Shown: positions 1 to 12,259, counted from the stretch's first letter. The stretch is 64,000 bases of DNA from Balanoglossus misakiensis (GCA_040954595.2 CM082576.2:19205028-19269027); one strand, 5' to 3'. Notes: a model not told the origin generated them from the sequence alone. Program-made: numbers and translations.

Positions 1-35
1 GATTTTTGCCATGTTAAAGAAATGGGAGTTCATAA

Positions 36-821
36 GGCTGCATTCACAAACACCTCTGGAGAGGGGGGGGGCAGGAGAATTGAGCGGGGGGGGATCTGAA
101 AAATTGAAGGTATGTAAGGGGGGATTTGAAATAATTTAGGGACTGAAAGGGGGGACTTGAAAACTTTGACGACTAAATATTTATTTTGAGTCCACAAAAA
201 TGCAGTTTCGCGCCCTTTATTTTACACCCCCTCCCACACCCACCCCCCTCCATTCATCAACACCTTTCAATCATTAACTGGTTTATCTAGTGTCCCATGT
301 CAGGGGACTTGCCCCCACCCCATGATAACTTTGAGCGGCGACGGTTAAATTTATCCTCCCCAACATACTGGTAGTTGAGTTAATTTGCTTTTGCCGGGTT
401 CATAAAAATGCAGCTTTGAGCTCTGTATTTTATAAAATTTTCTTACGTGGGAGGGGGACACCCCTTCCCACACCCACCCCCTTCAATTCCCGGTTTACAA
501 TGTCTCCCAACACAGAATACAAATACTTAAAAAATAAAAACCATGTTCAGTTTTAATACCCACTGATGAGGGGAAACATCAGTTTCAAAGTCTTTTCATG
601 GGAGCGCTGTTTTTCTTTTTTACAAGATAGATAAGTGATGTGTTTTGCTCTGTGAAAGAAAATGGGGGGGGGGATTTTAAAATTTTGGCAGTTCAGAAGG
701 GGGTGGGGGATTTGAAAATATTTCGGGTTGTGTACAGGGGGGGGGGGCATGTGAAAATTAGCAGTAAAAAAATTGAATTCTCCCCCCCCCCCCCCATCCA
801 GAGGTGTTTGTGAATGGAGCC
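36..821. mobile_element. PIF/Harbinger-type MITE (786 bp)
   Basis: 25-bp TIR GGCTGCATTCACAAACACCTCTGGA (36-60) versus revcomp GGCTCCATTCACAAACACCTCTGGA (797-821). TAA TSD at 33-35 and 822-824. The empty site GTTCATAAGCTAAA is visible in the paralogous copy at about 7331-7344. Confidence 0.9.
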
Positions 822-1255
822 TAAGCTAAAGCTAAAGTGATAATGGGTCATAACAGACAAAATAACAAAATGTGAAAAACATTTAATGAGTTTAATATGC
901 TAACTACGGAGACAGACATGTTTGACCAAAGCATGAAATACACAAAATGTATCATTTCTTCCACCTCTTACTACAGTGGGTTGTAGACTTTTCGCCCAGA
1001 ATGCAATGTGATTTGACCCCCTAGCGCAAAGTGAAAACCTATTTAAGGCAGCCAGAATTTTCTGCATAGTATGACGGAAACATTTGTAAAGTCATGGCTA
1101 GCGTGGGCTGGTAAGTTTATATGGGGCTCTCCATGATAACCAGTTGTGGCTTAATACCACCACCATAATTTTGAAAGGGCGACTTCACTATTTGATGGGA
1201 AAAGGTAGCCTTTACAAACAAGCTATGGAGCATGTATACAGCAAGTTGTGCTTAC

Positions 1256-1328
1256 CGGAAAGCGGTCTTGGATCAGGCCTAGGTATTCTCTTCCTCCTCC
1301 GGCATACGTTGAAATGCTGTGTTTAAGA
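1256..1328 (-). other. Putative 73-nt exon 'A' (coding status unknown)
   Basis: Minus-strand acceptor TTTGATTCACAG with an upstream TACTAA branch-like motif, and donor G|GTAAGC. The only open frame reads LKHSISTYAGGGREYLGLIQDRFP. Identical to 7992-8064. Confidence 0.5.
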
Positions 1329-2505
1329 CTGTGAATCAAATATATGCTTATCAATTAGTAACCAATCAACCTTGCTTTAGAATTATTTGGGCCATACTAA
1401 TTAGTGAAAATATGCAAAACATGGTATAATATAGGGTCAGACTGTGCTGCGATAATGTACGTGGAATACGAATCAGAGAAATCTGTAACAGCGATCTTGA
1501 AACTCCATTTACATCAGTACTGCAGTAAAGTGGTCCACATGGGTATACCACAAACATGGCAGTTAGGTGACAAGTGAAACTGACATCATATCTGTAAACG
1601 ACAGGTGTACACACACTTTGACATCTACGTAACACTGTACAATGATTTCTTAATGTTTGTTGTGAAAATGAAACTTACATTTGATCCACCTCACTTTTCA
1701 TACAACTGGTTAGCGCAAGAATGTAAATTGTTGGCAATTATAAAACATTTATTTTACTATAGAAAAGTAAGCCTTTACATTTAAACTTTGAATATCAGTA
1801 TACTAAAATGTTTCAAACGTGGCTGTCAGTATATCTCATGGCATGGTGGCAGAAGTACATGTTGTTACCAGGGAAGACACATTGAACATAGACAAGCGCA
1901 CTAGTCGCTTGGTGATTTTTCATCTAGATTCTCAAAACTTTCTGTGCATTTGGTAGCTTTGAGCAAGTTTCTGGTACTGAGCTGAGTTTCGAATTTGGAA
2001 CTGGGCTGCTTTGGCTTTGATTACCATGGGCCAATATGATCTTATGCACACATTTTTGAAAAAAACTCCAGCCTGTTTGTGTCGTGATCTATATTTTTCT
2101 TTGTGGCCTAAGGTATTGTTTTATTTCACTATAAACAACATTACTTTCCTTCATGTGTCTATATATAATAATAGATCTCTTAGCCAGTTTGATGAAGCAT
2201 AGTGTTGGACTAGCACACTTTCAGCCAAAATTACGGTATCTCCCCGTGTATTGGTATGGGAGTAATTTCTAGCTATATGGTTAAGGAAATGCATCCAAAT
2301 TTAATTTATGCTTCACATGAAGATTTGAACTTGACCATTTAATTCATGTCATCACGATCATATCACAGGCAACCGAGGCTAGAATTCGAAGGAAAAAAGT
2401 ATTGATAACTGGAAGGTGTAAATTAGTTCGTAGACATACATTGTTTCCTATTGTTTCGGTTGTGCCACGCCCGATAAAAGCAAATATACAGCAAGTCATG
2501 CTTAC

Positions 2506-2580
2506 CATTGAGCGGTCTTAAACTCGCCCCAGACGAGGAAGAGAATCCCGAGTTGAAATGCAGACAATTTCAGGCAGCAT
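2506..2580 (-). other. Putative 75-nt exon 'B' (coding status unknown; hydrophobic peptide in the open frame)
   Basis: Acceptor TTTGATTCACAG, TACTAAC branch-like motif, donor G|GTAAGC. The open frame reads CCLKLSAFQLGILFLVWGEFKTAQ. Paralogue at 8992-9066. Confidence 0.5.
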
Positions 2581-2679
2581 CTGTGAATCAAATAGATATA
2601 GAAGTTAGTAACCAGTCATAGTAGCTCTAAGTTGGGTGTAAAAGTCTAAGTTGGGTGTACTAACTCTCCTTGTTAACAG

Positions 2680-4020
2680 TAACTTTCAAAGAAACTGAGC
2701 AATTGGTTAAAAAGATTTGCTATCCAAAAACAAAGAAATTTACAACAAACTACCTAAATATTGACAACCAGAATTTAATCAAAGTTGCACATACATGTAC
2801 ATGTGTTATGAAATTGTTAACTAACTTCCAAAGCAATCAGGAACCAGATATTAACTGAATATGCTCACGTGCAGTACTGTGATTGGTTGACAGAATAACA
2901 AGATTAGAAAAACCAGTTTTAAACCATTTTGGTTTATAGTGTATATGGTGTAAGGGTTGTGTGTTGCACCATTGTGAAATGTAAACATGTTTGTGGAATT
3001 GTTGCCTTGTCAATTTTTGTAAGGGGTTATGAGTCATGTACCCCATCCTGAACTGCATAAAAATAATAAGTCTATGGAATTCTTAAACTCTTTGATCAAA
3101 AATGGCAAGAAATATACCAAAAAGTATGAATATTTCACCAGATTTCAACAAATCTGATTTCTGTTCATGCCTAAGAACCTCTTTAACAAGTTTCAATAAG
3201 GTAGACATTTTGGCAAACAACAGGAAATTCAGACAAATCTGACTGATATCACATATATGAATTCCCATTCAAAGTTTCCAACCAATTGGACTTGTGGTAT
3301 TACCGAAGACTATTTGGCCAAACCCTGCAGAAATTCCCAAAAAATACAATTATGCAAATTTCATTACAATTTGATCATATCTGACTGAGATCACCCCTAG
3401 AAACCCAAATACAAAGTATCAAAACAATTGCACCTACATTTCACAGGAATGGATTTTTTGGCAAAAACAGGAAATATTGCCCAAAAATGCATTTTTGCAA
3501 ATTTCACCACCGTTTGCACAAATGTGATTCAGGTAAGCCCTATGAACCTCCATACCAAGTTTCCAATCAATTGGACATGTAATTTCACAGAAAATTTTTT
3601 TTTAACAAAACTGCAGAAAATTCCCCCAAAAATTCATAAAAAATAGGAAACGCCAGATACTGACTCCACCTGAACAAAATCATACGAGGTCTTCCCAAAG
3701 TACTTGCACACCAATGCACGCCAATTTTTAACTTAATCTGATCCGCTGTTATTAAGTTTTTCAATTTTGACTATTTGAACATTTTTCCAGTTAATACCAG
3801 TATGCATTTTTTCGCAATAACAATTTCTATGTACACACTAAATATCAGTAGTTTCAAGTTTTTGATGTTGATGGACATACACATACATACATCAATACAT
3901 TAAGACGAAACTGATCCATTCACAAAATACATAATTCTGTATGAGGCACACATACAGACATACATAGCCGACGGACACCAACTTATGCTATAAGCTGACA
4001 TTTATATACATGTTAGCCAA
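2680..4020 (+). mobile_element. Degenerate HINE/DINE-1-like element with internal tandem subrepeats
   Basis: Degenerate repeated core (..ACCAAGTTTCCAA..AATTGGAC..), (ACAT/ACAG)n microsatellite at about 3876-3972, and terminal hairpin GCTGACAT...ATGTTAGC at about 3994-4017. Boundaries approximate. Confidence 0.45.
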
Positions 4021-5039
4021 AAACCAAAATCAACCTCAAAATAGACATTAAAATATATTGCACCACCATGAGAAGACAAATTCATTTTTTGACAAATTTT
4101 CTGGGGCGTCATTGATATAGCATGGCATATTGTCAAAGTACGTAGGCTCTGTGATAAGATTCCATACACACAAAATGGTAACCTTGGAAGTCCAGCTGAC
4201 GTAGTTATGCAATGGCGTCTTGTGTATTCCGTCGCCAAAAAATCATCGTAAACTAATTGATAGTCGGGGTCACAATTCAAGACGACTTTCTCTAAATTCT
4301 TTATGAATGGATTAAATCGAAATCGAAATGTTGACGTATGACGTACGGAATGAGATCTGAACAGACATTCAATGTTATCATTCTCGCTCGATCACATATT
4401 GGGTAGGCCATCTAGCAATCGCTATATAGTATTGGCGATAACAGACTGTCTATAAACACACAAAACGGATTTTACTGTTGAGTGTGATCAACCGCCATGT
4501 TATTTTTCTCTGAACAATAGACAAATAGAAAGCCTGGTGACATTTTGAGATTGACTGCGTGAGGACCACAATATGCGTGAATCATTTACGGTTTGTCTTG
4601 ATGAATGGGTCACGTCATAGTCATAACGCGGATTCGGCTGCACGCCAACTATCCGCCATATTGTCTCCACTAACTTACTCGTAAGTAGTTTCAAACTTCA
4701 TTTGAAAAGAGTATTCGTCTGACGGTCCTGTAGATTAACAATTTACGCTCTATGAAGCAACTAAACAACGTTAGCTTCCTTGTGGATTCACGTAGGGAAG
4801 TTATTCGTAACGACGGGTACAGCGTCTGAGCATGGACAGAACCACGGCAATATCGCCAGGAATGTCTCATTTCACAGCGCCCTCAAACAGTCGATCTCCT
4901 CAAACTATCGTTTCCACTGGTCATATATGCAGCATTAACGAAAGCTCTCATAGACAACCATGTAATAGAAAAATTAAAACTTTAATAACTTCATTAATAT
5001 CAAAGCCACACCCACCAAAACCTTTCCAGTTCTTGCCAT

Positions 5040-5176
5040 ATGATATCTGAACCTGTGTACTAAATTTGGTTGAAATCGGTTCAGCGGTTCTTGAGATATC
5101 GGGTATACAGACAGACACACACATACACAGACATCGCTAAACTATAAGCTCACGTGATTTTCAGGTGAGCTAAAAA
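5040..5176 (+). mobile_element. 3' end of a HINE/DINE-1-like element
   Basis: AAATTTGGTTGAAATCGG motif, (ACAG/ACAC)n tract, then stem-loop AGCTCAC...GTGAGCT followed by an A-run. This is the typical Helentron-associated non-autonomous terminus. Confidence 0.55.
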
Positions 5177-6518
5177 TTGGGTTACCCCTAGGAATATTCC
5201 TACCATATTTCAAAGCCATCAAAAAAGCAGTTTCAAAGAAAAACACATTTGTTCAAAAGTGGCAAAAACACAAATATGCAAACATCTCTATAATTGTACA
5301 CCATCTTACTTCAATCACTACAAGGAACATTCCTGCCAAAATTCAAAGCAATCTGACAAGGGTTTGAACGGTTTAACAGAAAACAGTTTTTGACAAAGAT
5401 TGCAAAAAATATCCCCAATAACACAAGCACGCAGTTTTAACCATTTTTATGACATCTTCCTTGGGTTACCCCTGGGAATCTGCCTACCAAATTGCAAAGC
5501 ATTCTGACCATAATTGGCAAAATTGCTCAAAATTATAAATATGCCTATTTTACAACAATCTGAACAAAAAATATGGTAACTCGGACCACCCATAGGAAGC
5601 TTCATACTAAATTTCGAAGGAGTCGGACTATCGCTTTCAGAAGTGAAGATTTTTTTTTACCAATAATGTGGAAAAAGACAAAAAAAATTAATAAACATTA
5701 GAAAATTCATAATATTAGCTCACAACATACAGGACTGTATGGGGTTCATTGACATACCAATCTGACCAGTGGTTGTCAAGTTTCTGACTTTTGACCAATT
5801 TCACATTTACACAGGTAATATTTTGGCAATGACAATTTCATTTGAACAAAATCCCATCTACAGCCCCGCCTGCATCTACACACTAAATATGGAAGTGATA
5901 TGCCCAGCGGTTTTCATCCATTCACTCATACATACAAATGCAACTGATTCCATAAGGTCCCAATCGTATATATGTACATAAACCAAATGGGACCTAAAAA
6001 TTGCTCCAAAATTATAAATACGCAATTTTTGGCAACAATTTAAACAAAACTATGGTTGGTAACTCAGATCACCTATGAAGCTTCATAATAAATTTCAAAC
6101 AAGTCAGCTGATCAATTCCAGAAAAGTAGGTTTTTACCGACAATGTGGAAAGAGACAAAAAAAATGCTTAAAAATAGAAAATTCACATTATTAGCTCACA
6201 ACATGTAGAATTGTGAGAGGATACCATAAGGTACATGCATACCAATTATCAATTTTGAAAGCAATTTGCCCAGTAGTTGTTGAGTTCCCAAGTTTTGACG
6301 AATTTGACACTTTCCCAGCTAATTTGCATATTTTGGCAATGACAACTTCACTTAGACAAACTCCCATCTACTGCCCTGTCTGCACATTAAATATCAAGGT
6401 GAAATGCCAGTAGTTTCCAAATGTTTGATGTTGATGGACATACAAACATCCATACATACAGGTGCAACTGATCCCGTAAGGTACCATGGTATAAATACAT
6501 ATACCAAATGGGACCTAA
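5177..6518 (+). repeat. HINE-like tandem units including a roughly 0.5-kb direct duplication (5521-6000 / 6001-6518)
   Basis: Both units begin TTGCTC(C)AAAATTATAAATA and end with (ACAT)n plus the AGGT.CCA...ACCAAATGGGACCTAA hairpin. Confidence 0.6.
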
Positions 6519-7991
6519 TAATTCTGATAAAATGCGTACATACGTACATACATACAAGTCAGCAATAAGGAGACAGGATAGTGGGCTGGCACTGAGTGTC
6601 TATTTCTATTGCAAATTATAAACATGCAGCAAGTGTAAAAACCACATGTACCTTCAACGTCCTTGGACAACACATTTTTGTAACTTTCCCAGATCAATGG
6701 CTAATATTACTTGCCAAAGGCGACTAGAATTTTGGGGGCCTGATGCAAGTCTGATACATGTACTTCATGATTTAGAGATATGATGAAAATCCTGTCAACC
6801 GAATTACAGGGAAATCAGATTTTCCATGTAAAATCATATCACCCAAAAGTGTCAAAAATAATTTTGAAACAAAAAGTCTACTCAAAATCATACCAAAATT
6901 TAAATGTTAATGCAGTACGTTAGGCAAGCAATTTGAGAATGAAGAAACTTACAAAATAATTTATAAATTGTAAATAATTTACAAATGCCGCACACAAACT
7001 TACAATTACTACCATATTACTGAACATGTTAAAAGGACATTGTACCAGCAGAGACATTGTGATCGAGCAATCCCCAAGATATACATGACATGGTCTAATT
7101 ACAAATATTGAATATGTAAAATATGTACACAACACTTCCAGTCTTACAGTACAGTCAGCTGCTTGTGAACAATAGTCATGTAGCTATTTCATCAAATTTA
7201 CAGCCCAAGTCTTGCCTATACAATTCTCCCTACTTTAAACACGTTTTAAGCTACCCTAAATGAGTGATGAAAATCTCATACGGTCGATAATTTCAAGATG
7301 GCCGATTTTTGCCATGTTAAAGAAATGGGAGTTCATAAGCTAAAATGATGATGGGTCATTCTTGAACTTTTTAACAGAAAAAATAGCAAAAGTGAAAAAA
7401 AGTTTAATATGCTAACTACCGAGACAGAAATGTTTGACCGAAGGAAGTCATGAAATACAGTAAACATATCATTTCTTCTATCTCTTACTACAGTTGGTTA
7501 TGGACTTTCCGCCCAGAATGCAATGAGATTTGACACCTAGCGCAAAGTGAAAAACCTATTTAAGGCAGCCAGAATTTTCTGCATAGTATGACGGAAACAT
7601 TTGTAAAGTCATGGCTAGCATGGGTTGGCAGGTTTATGGGACCCGCTCAGGTTCCCTCGAATAACACATAATGCATGATTGGTGACTGATTATTGTTTAT
7701 TTGTTGATTTTGTCACATTTTCAGAAAAATCCCTATCAATCAGTCATATTTGTTTGGCCTTGCTATACAGCGCAATATGAATCTTGTTGACTGAAATTGT
7801 TGAGGATAGTGGTACATAAAGGTTACCAATTGGAAAATATTAAAATGATTATTAGTGGTGTCCAACTCTTCATGATAACCAGTTGTGGCTTGCAACCACC
7901 ATAATTTTAAAAGGGTGACTTCACTATTTGATGGGAAAAGGTAGCATTTACAAACAAGCTATGGAGCATGTATACAGCAAGGTGTGCTTAC

Positions 7992-8064
7992 CGGAAAGCG
8001 GTCTTGGATCAGGCCTAGGTATTCTCTTCCTCCTCCGGCATACGTTGAAATGCTGTGTTTAAGA
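7992..8064 (-). other. Putative exon 'A', second copy
   Basis: Same splice signals and 73/73 identity to 1256-1328. Confidence 0.5.
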
Positions 8065-8402
8065 CTGTGAATCAAATATATGCAAATATTAATTAGTAAC
8101 CAATCAACCTTGCTTTAGAATTATGTGGGCCATACAAATTAGTGAAAATATGCAAAACATAGTATAATATAGGGTCAGAAAAAATTTCCAGCCTGTTTGT
8201 GTCATGATTTACATTTTTCTTTCTGGCCTAAAGTATTGTTTTATTTCACTCTAAACAACATTACTTTCCTTCATGCGTCTAATATAATAACAGATCTCTT
8301 AGCCAGTTTGATTAAGCATAGTGTTGGACTAGCACACGTTCAGCCAAAGTTAAAGTATCTCCCTGTGTATTGATATGGGAGTAATTTTAGCTATATGGTT
8401 AA

Positions 8403-8749
8403 AGGGACAAAGTCTCTCTGTCGCTGTCCTTTTTCCATTAATTATGTTTGATACAAGACACTGTTTATGTCAATGTACATTTGGATATATAGTGAATAAA
8501 TGATCAACCACACAAAACTTCCATCCCGCTTGTATGATATGAGAGTAAAAACTCGCCCAAAATGAATAAATGGTAAAGAACGATTATTCATTTTGGCGAG
8601 TATTTTTACTCTCGTGTCTACAAGTGGGACGGAAGTTGTGTGTGGCTGAACGTTCATTCACTATATATCTACATGTAGAATAACAAACGGTGTCTTGTAT
8701 CAAATATAATTAATGGAAAAAAGGGCAGCGAGAGAGAGACTTTGTCCCT
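8403..8749. mobile_element. Kolobok-type palindromic MITE (AGGGACAAAG family)
   Basis: Long TIR beginning AGGGACAAAGTCTCTCT and ending AGAGAGACTTTGTCCCT. TTAA TSD at 8399-8402 and 8750-8753. The empty site ATGGTTAAGGAAATG is at about 2277-2291. TTAA with purine-purine termini fits Kolobok rather than piggyBac. Confidence 0.85.
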
Positions 8750-8991
8750 TTAAGGAAATGCATCCACATTTATTTTATGCTCCACGTGAAGATTTGAACT
8801 TGTGAGTTGTCCATCTAATTCATGACATCACGATCATATCACAAGCAATCGAGGCCAGAATTCGAAGGGGAAAAAACAGGTACATTGTATTGAAAGCTGG
8901 AATATGTAAATTAGTTCGTAGACATACATTTCTTCCTATTGTTTCGGTTGCAACACCCGATAAAAGCAAATATAAAGCAAGTCATGCTTAC

Positions 8992-9066
8992 CATTGAGCG
9001 GTCTTAAACTCGCCCCGGACAAGGAAGAGAATCCCGAGTTGAAACGCAGACAGTTTCAGGCAGCAT
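8992..9066 (-). other. Putative exon 'B', second copy
   Basis: Same splice signals as 2506-2580. Four substitutions, three of them synonymous in the open frame. Confidence 0.5.
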
Positions 9067-9269
9067 CTGTGAATCAAATAGACATAGAAGTTAGTAACCA
9101 GTCATAGAAGCTCTGCGTGGCAGGGCTGCGTGTTAACGGCTATACCATAGCTCCCACTGGTAGCTTATAACAGTCTCAATGGTGCCAAAAATCTCCCCAA
9201 CAACAAAACCAACCCTGGTCAGTTTATTCGCTATCGCTTTGCCTTAAAAGTTATACTGTAGTGTGTTAC

Positions 9270-9683
9270 CACAGGGGGCTCCTTCCTCCGCGATTTTATT
9301 GTTTGTTTGTTGTTGTTGATTGGCATAATAAACAAATACATATTTCTTTATTAATAAATATGGTTTGTTGACATGTAAGTGTTAGGGTATATTCAACAGT
9401 TAGGGTTACTGTTGGCATTTTTTTCGATCCACGGCCCCGGGCATCACTAAGCCACAGGGGGTGGGGGGGGGGGGTTTGGGGGGGTGATGCCGGCCATGGA
9501 TCGAAAAAATGCCAACACTAATTCTAACCGTTGAATATACCATAACCTGTCAAATATACCCTAATAACCTAACCCTTACATGTCAACAAACCATATTTAT
9601 TAATAAAGAAATATGTATTTGTTTATTATGCCAATCAACAACAACAAACAAACAATAAAATCGCCTAGGGAGAGCCCCCTGTG
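9270..9683. mobile_element. P-superfamily (Galileo-like) foldback MITE
   Basis: Termini CACAGGGGGCTC / GAGCCCCCTGTG. Near-complete palindrome with arms of about 175-200 bp around a G-rich spacer. 7-bp TSD GTGTTAC at 9263-9269 and 9684-9690. Confidence 0.8.
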
Positions 9684-10492
9684 GTGTTACGGTACCACCT
9701 GCTCCACAATAACAAAGCTGACTCGAGCCAACGAACGACGTACAATTTACTCGCACGGTGTAATATAACGCACAAATTCCATGCGACTGTGAGTTTACTG
9801 TTTGGTGCTGTAACGCTTCCCAAAGTCAGAATTTCGATGTTGGGGGGACCCTCTCGCCCTACCACGACCAGTTTTTGCGAGAAGGAGTGTACATGTACTT
9901 GTAAAATAACATTAAATGCCATGCTTACCAGAGAAACGACATCATCAAGCATGGAGGCGACCGGGACCTCCATGCTTGATGAACGTCAAAGCTGCAATGA
10001 TTTTTCAAATGCAATGGTCAGCGGTACGAGAACGAGGCACCAGCTGTGCGTCAATTATGCAACTTACTTACTACTCAATCAGAATCCTGCTTCAACATGA
10101 CGTAACACTAATTAGTCAAAGAATGCAATGCAACGTATGTGTGCGGGTGGAGAATGCGCCTCACGTCAATGCAGACACACCAGACACACACACTGAAATG
10201 CAAATTGAGGAATTATGTCACGGTGTTCTTTGGAAGTGCGAATGAATAAAATATTTCGTTTTCTTCAGTGTTTTTGTACTACAAAAAAAATTGCTAAAAA
10301 ACGACTAGCAAGCGCTTATGCAATGAAATACAAATAAATATAATTATCGCCAATTGGAAATGGAACGTCAATCCGCATTTGTCAAAAAATAACAGAAAAG
10401 ACAAAGGAGCTGAGACGTCCTAAAATAAAAGGAATGACCTCTCTGTTCTGACCTGTATGAGGAAGCCCTATTGTAATACGCAATATGTAGGA

Positions 10493-10805
10493 TCATGCTA
10501 CCATCCGCCATTCTGATTGGACGAGAGATCAATCCATCGATACGAAAGTACTCAATAGAGCACTGCTAAAACTGGCCCCTGAACTAATAGCATGCAACAG
10601 GGAAAACGTGACTAAATAAAAAAAAATATAGCTGATAAATTTACGGACGGCCGGTTTATTTTTTAACTGCTCTATTGGAACTGTTGTCACTGTCATGCAC
10701 GATGCATGTCTTGTCATTGCGCACTCGTGTTAACATTCATCAGAGCGCCTTTCGATCAATTCGTAACGTTTACATTAGACTCGAGTTCATTTTCGTTATG
10801 AAAAT
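10493..10805 (+). repeat. Interspersed repeat fragment (second copy at about 14060-14372)
   Basis: Shared TACTCAATAGAGCACTGCTAAAACTGGCCCCTGAACTA and flanking similarity. Family not identified. Confidence 0.7.
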
Positions 10806-12259
10806 GACATTGATATACACAAAGTCGATTACTGATATAAAATAATAGCAATAACCCTAACCATAGATTAGGCTATAGCATTCCGGTATTTTTTTCAATA
10901 TCACTCAGGAAGGATTCTATAACATTCTGTTTTGTATCGGGATGTATAATTTAATATCCATACTACAAAACAAATATCAGCGGTAACTCAGAAAATATTG
11001 TTGAAAATTTGTTCTCTGTAGGCCTAACCATGGTAAGATAATGCAATGCCGGTAAGTATTTTGGAAGTCAAGGTTGCATTGTATTGTCTGGTGTTCAAAT
11101 AATCACAAACATCCCGGAAGACTAAATTCTTTCTGTCAAAACCACTTCTGCAACGACAAGAACTTTCAGGGCAGGCAAAACCATGGCATGAAGACGATAT
11201 GAAGTCGATGAGTTAATGTTATGTTGAACCCGGCCACTTTACGTATCTTAACTATTCACACATTGACCATTCTATAATTCTCTCCCTTTTAATGTCTTCT
11301 TTGTGGTTTGTTTGTAAAAATGTTGCCTGTGTTGAAACTTGACTACTTGTCACTTTTGCCTACCAAGAATAATATGACCAAAAGGGGTGGCATGAAATTC
11401 TAGACTGTAACAAAACTCGATTTCATGACCCAAAGTTTGATTTTATGTGTTTTTGGTTTGGACGTGGCAAAGACATGTAAATTCCAACCACCTATACACC
11501 ATCCATACATGTATGAATCGACATCATTTATTGCACGAGAGACTTCAAGCAAGCATTCCATCATCGCAAAAGGACAAAGAGAGAGCGACTTTGTCTCTTT
11601 AAATTAATTTAGCAAGTTCAAAGTGAATGCCCACATGAAAACCTTTACTCAGCAATTTTTTTTGTAATTAATAAAACTAGGTTTGGTATGTTTTTGCGCT
11701 TGTTTTATTTTCCTTTTGTCTATAAATAGTCGTATATTTTAAAACAGCTAAAATGAGTCAAATGGGGCATTTTTCCATCCCACCTCATCCTAGCTAAGAG
11801 CTTCAGTGCCGGTCACCTCCACAAAATTAATTTACCACGAACAAATTGAAATACAGCCAATCGGAAAAAGTGCGCCACCGCATGGTCATTTGAAGACTTT
11901 TATGCTCTCTTCTGGCCGTAAACGCATGTGATCTGGAATAAATCGAACATCGATCGTGTTTTATTTATTTTCACCACCAGCGAAAATCTACGACGGCCCA
12001 ACCGCAGATTATTGCTGCTCCATACAACAACCGGCTTAAACTGTTCTGTGCATGTGTTTTGTGTTCTGGTGGCGTTTGCGGGTCTGAGACGTCATTTGTA
12101 GAAGGCCCTATTCGTTTTCTACCAATAACTTTTACCAACCATGCTAGAACTATTTCGTTTTCTTTGACGACGCTTGACACTTTTCTTGCTTTGTTGTTAG
12201 TACATGTAGTTTGTTTGTTCGTTACGTCTGTTACTGGGGTTCTTCACTTGTAGTCTGGT

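Larger units (their letters stand above)
1..2628 (+). repeat. Local duplication, copy 1 (paralogous to 7304-9114)
   Basis: Colinear matches, e.g. GATTTTTGCCATGTTAAAGAAATGGGAGTTCATAAG at 1 and 7304, GCAGCCAGAATTTTCTGCATAGTATGACGG at about 1048 and 7565, GAAGTTAGTAACCAGTCATAG at about 2601 and 9087. Roughly 90% identity by eye with large indels. The left edge is cut by the window. Confidence 0.9.
7304..9114 (+). repeat. Local duplication, copy 2 (paralogous to 1-2628)
   Basis: Matches listed under copy 1. Lacks the Harbinger MITE and the segment at about 1441-2058; carries a Kolobok MITE and an extra segment at about 7640-7865. Confidence 0.9.

Noticed and set aside
972-1020. Possible third small minus-strand exon (acceptor TTTGCGCTAG, donor GTAAGA)
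   Set aside because: The paralogue near 7489-7536 differs by a 1-bp indel and several non-synonymous changes; no sign of constraint.
9370-9580. TTAGGG/CCCTAA hexamers
   Set aside because: Isolated copies within the foldback MITE, not a telomeric array.
9665-10245. Overlapping ORFs of 102-139 aa
   Set aside because: No recognisable motifs, overlapping on both strands, and partly within a MITE end; consistent with chance in a GC-richer patch.
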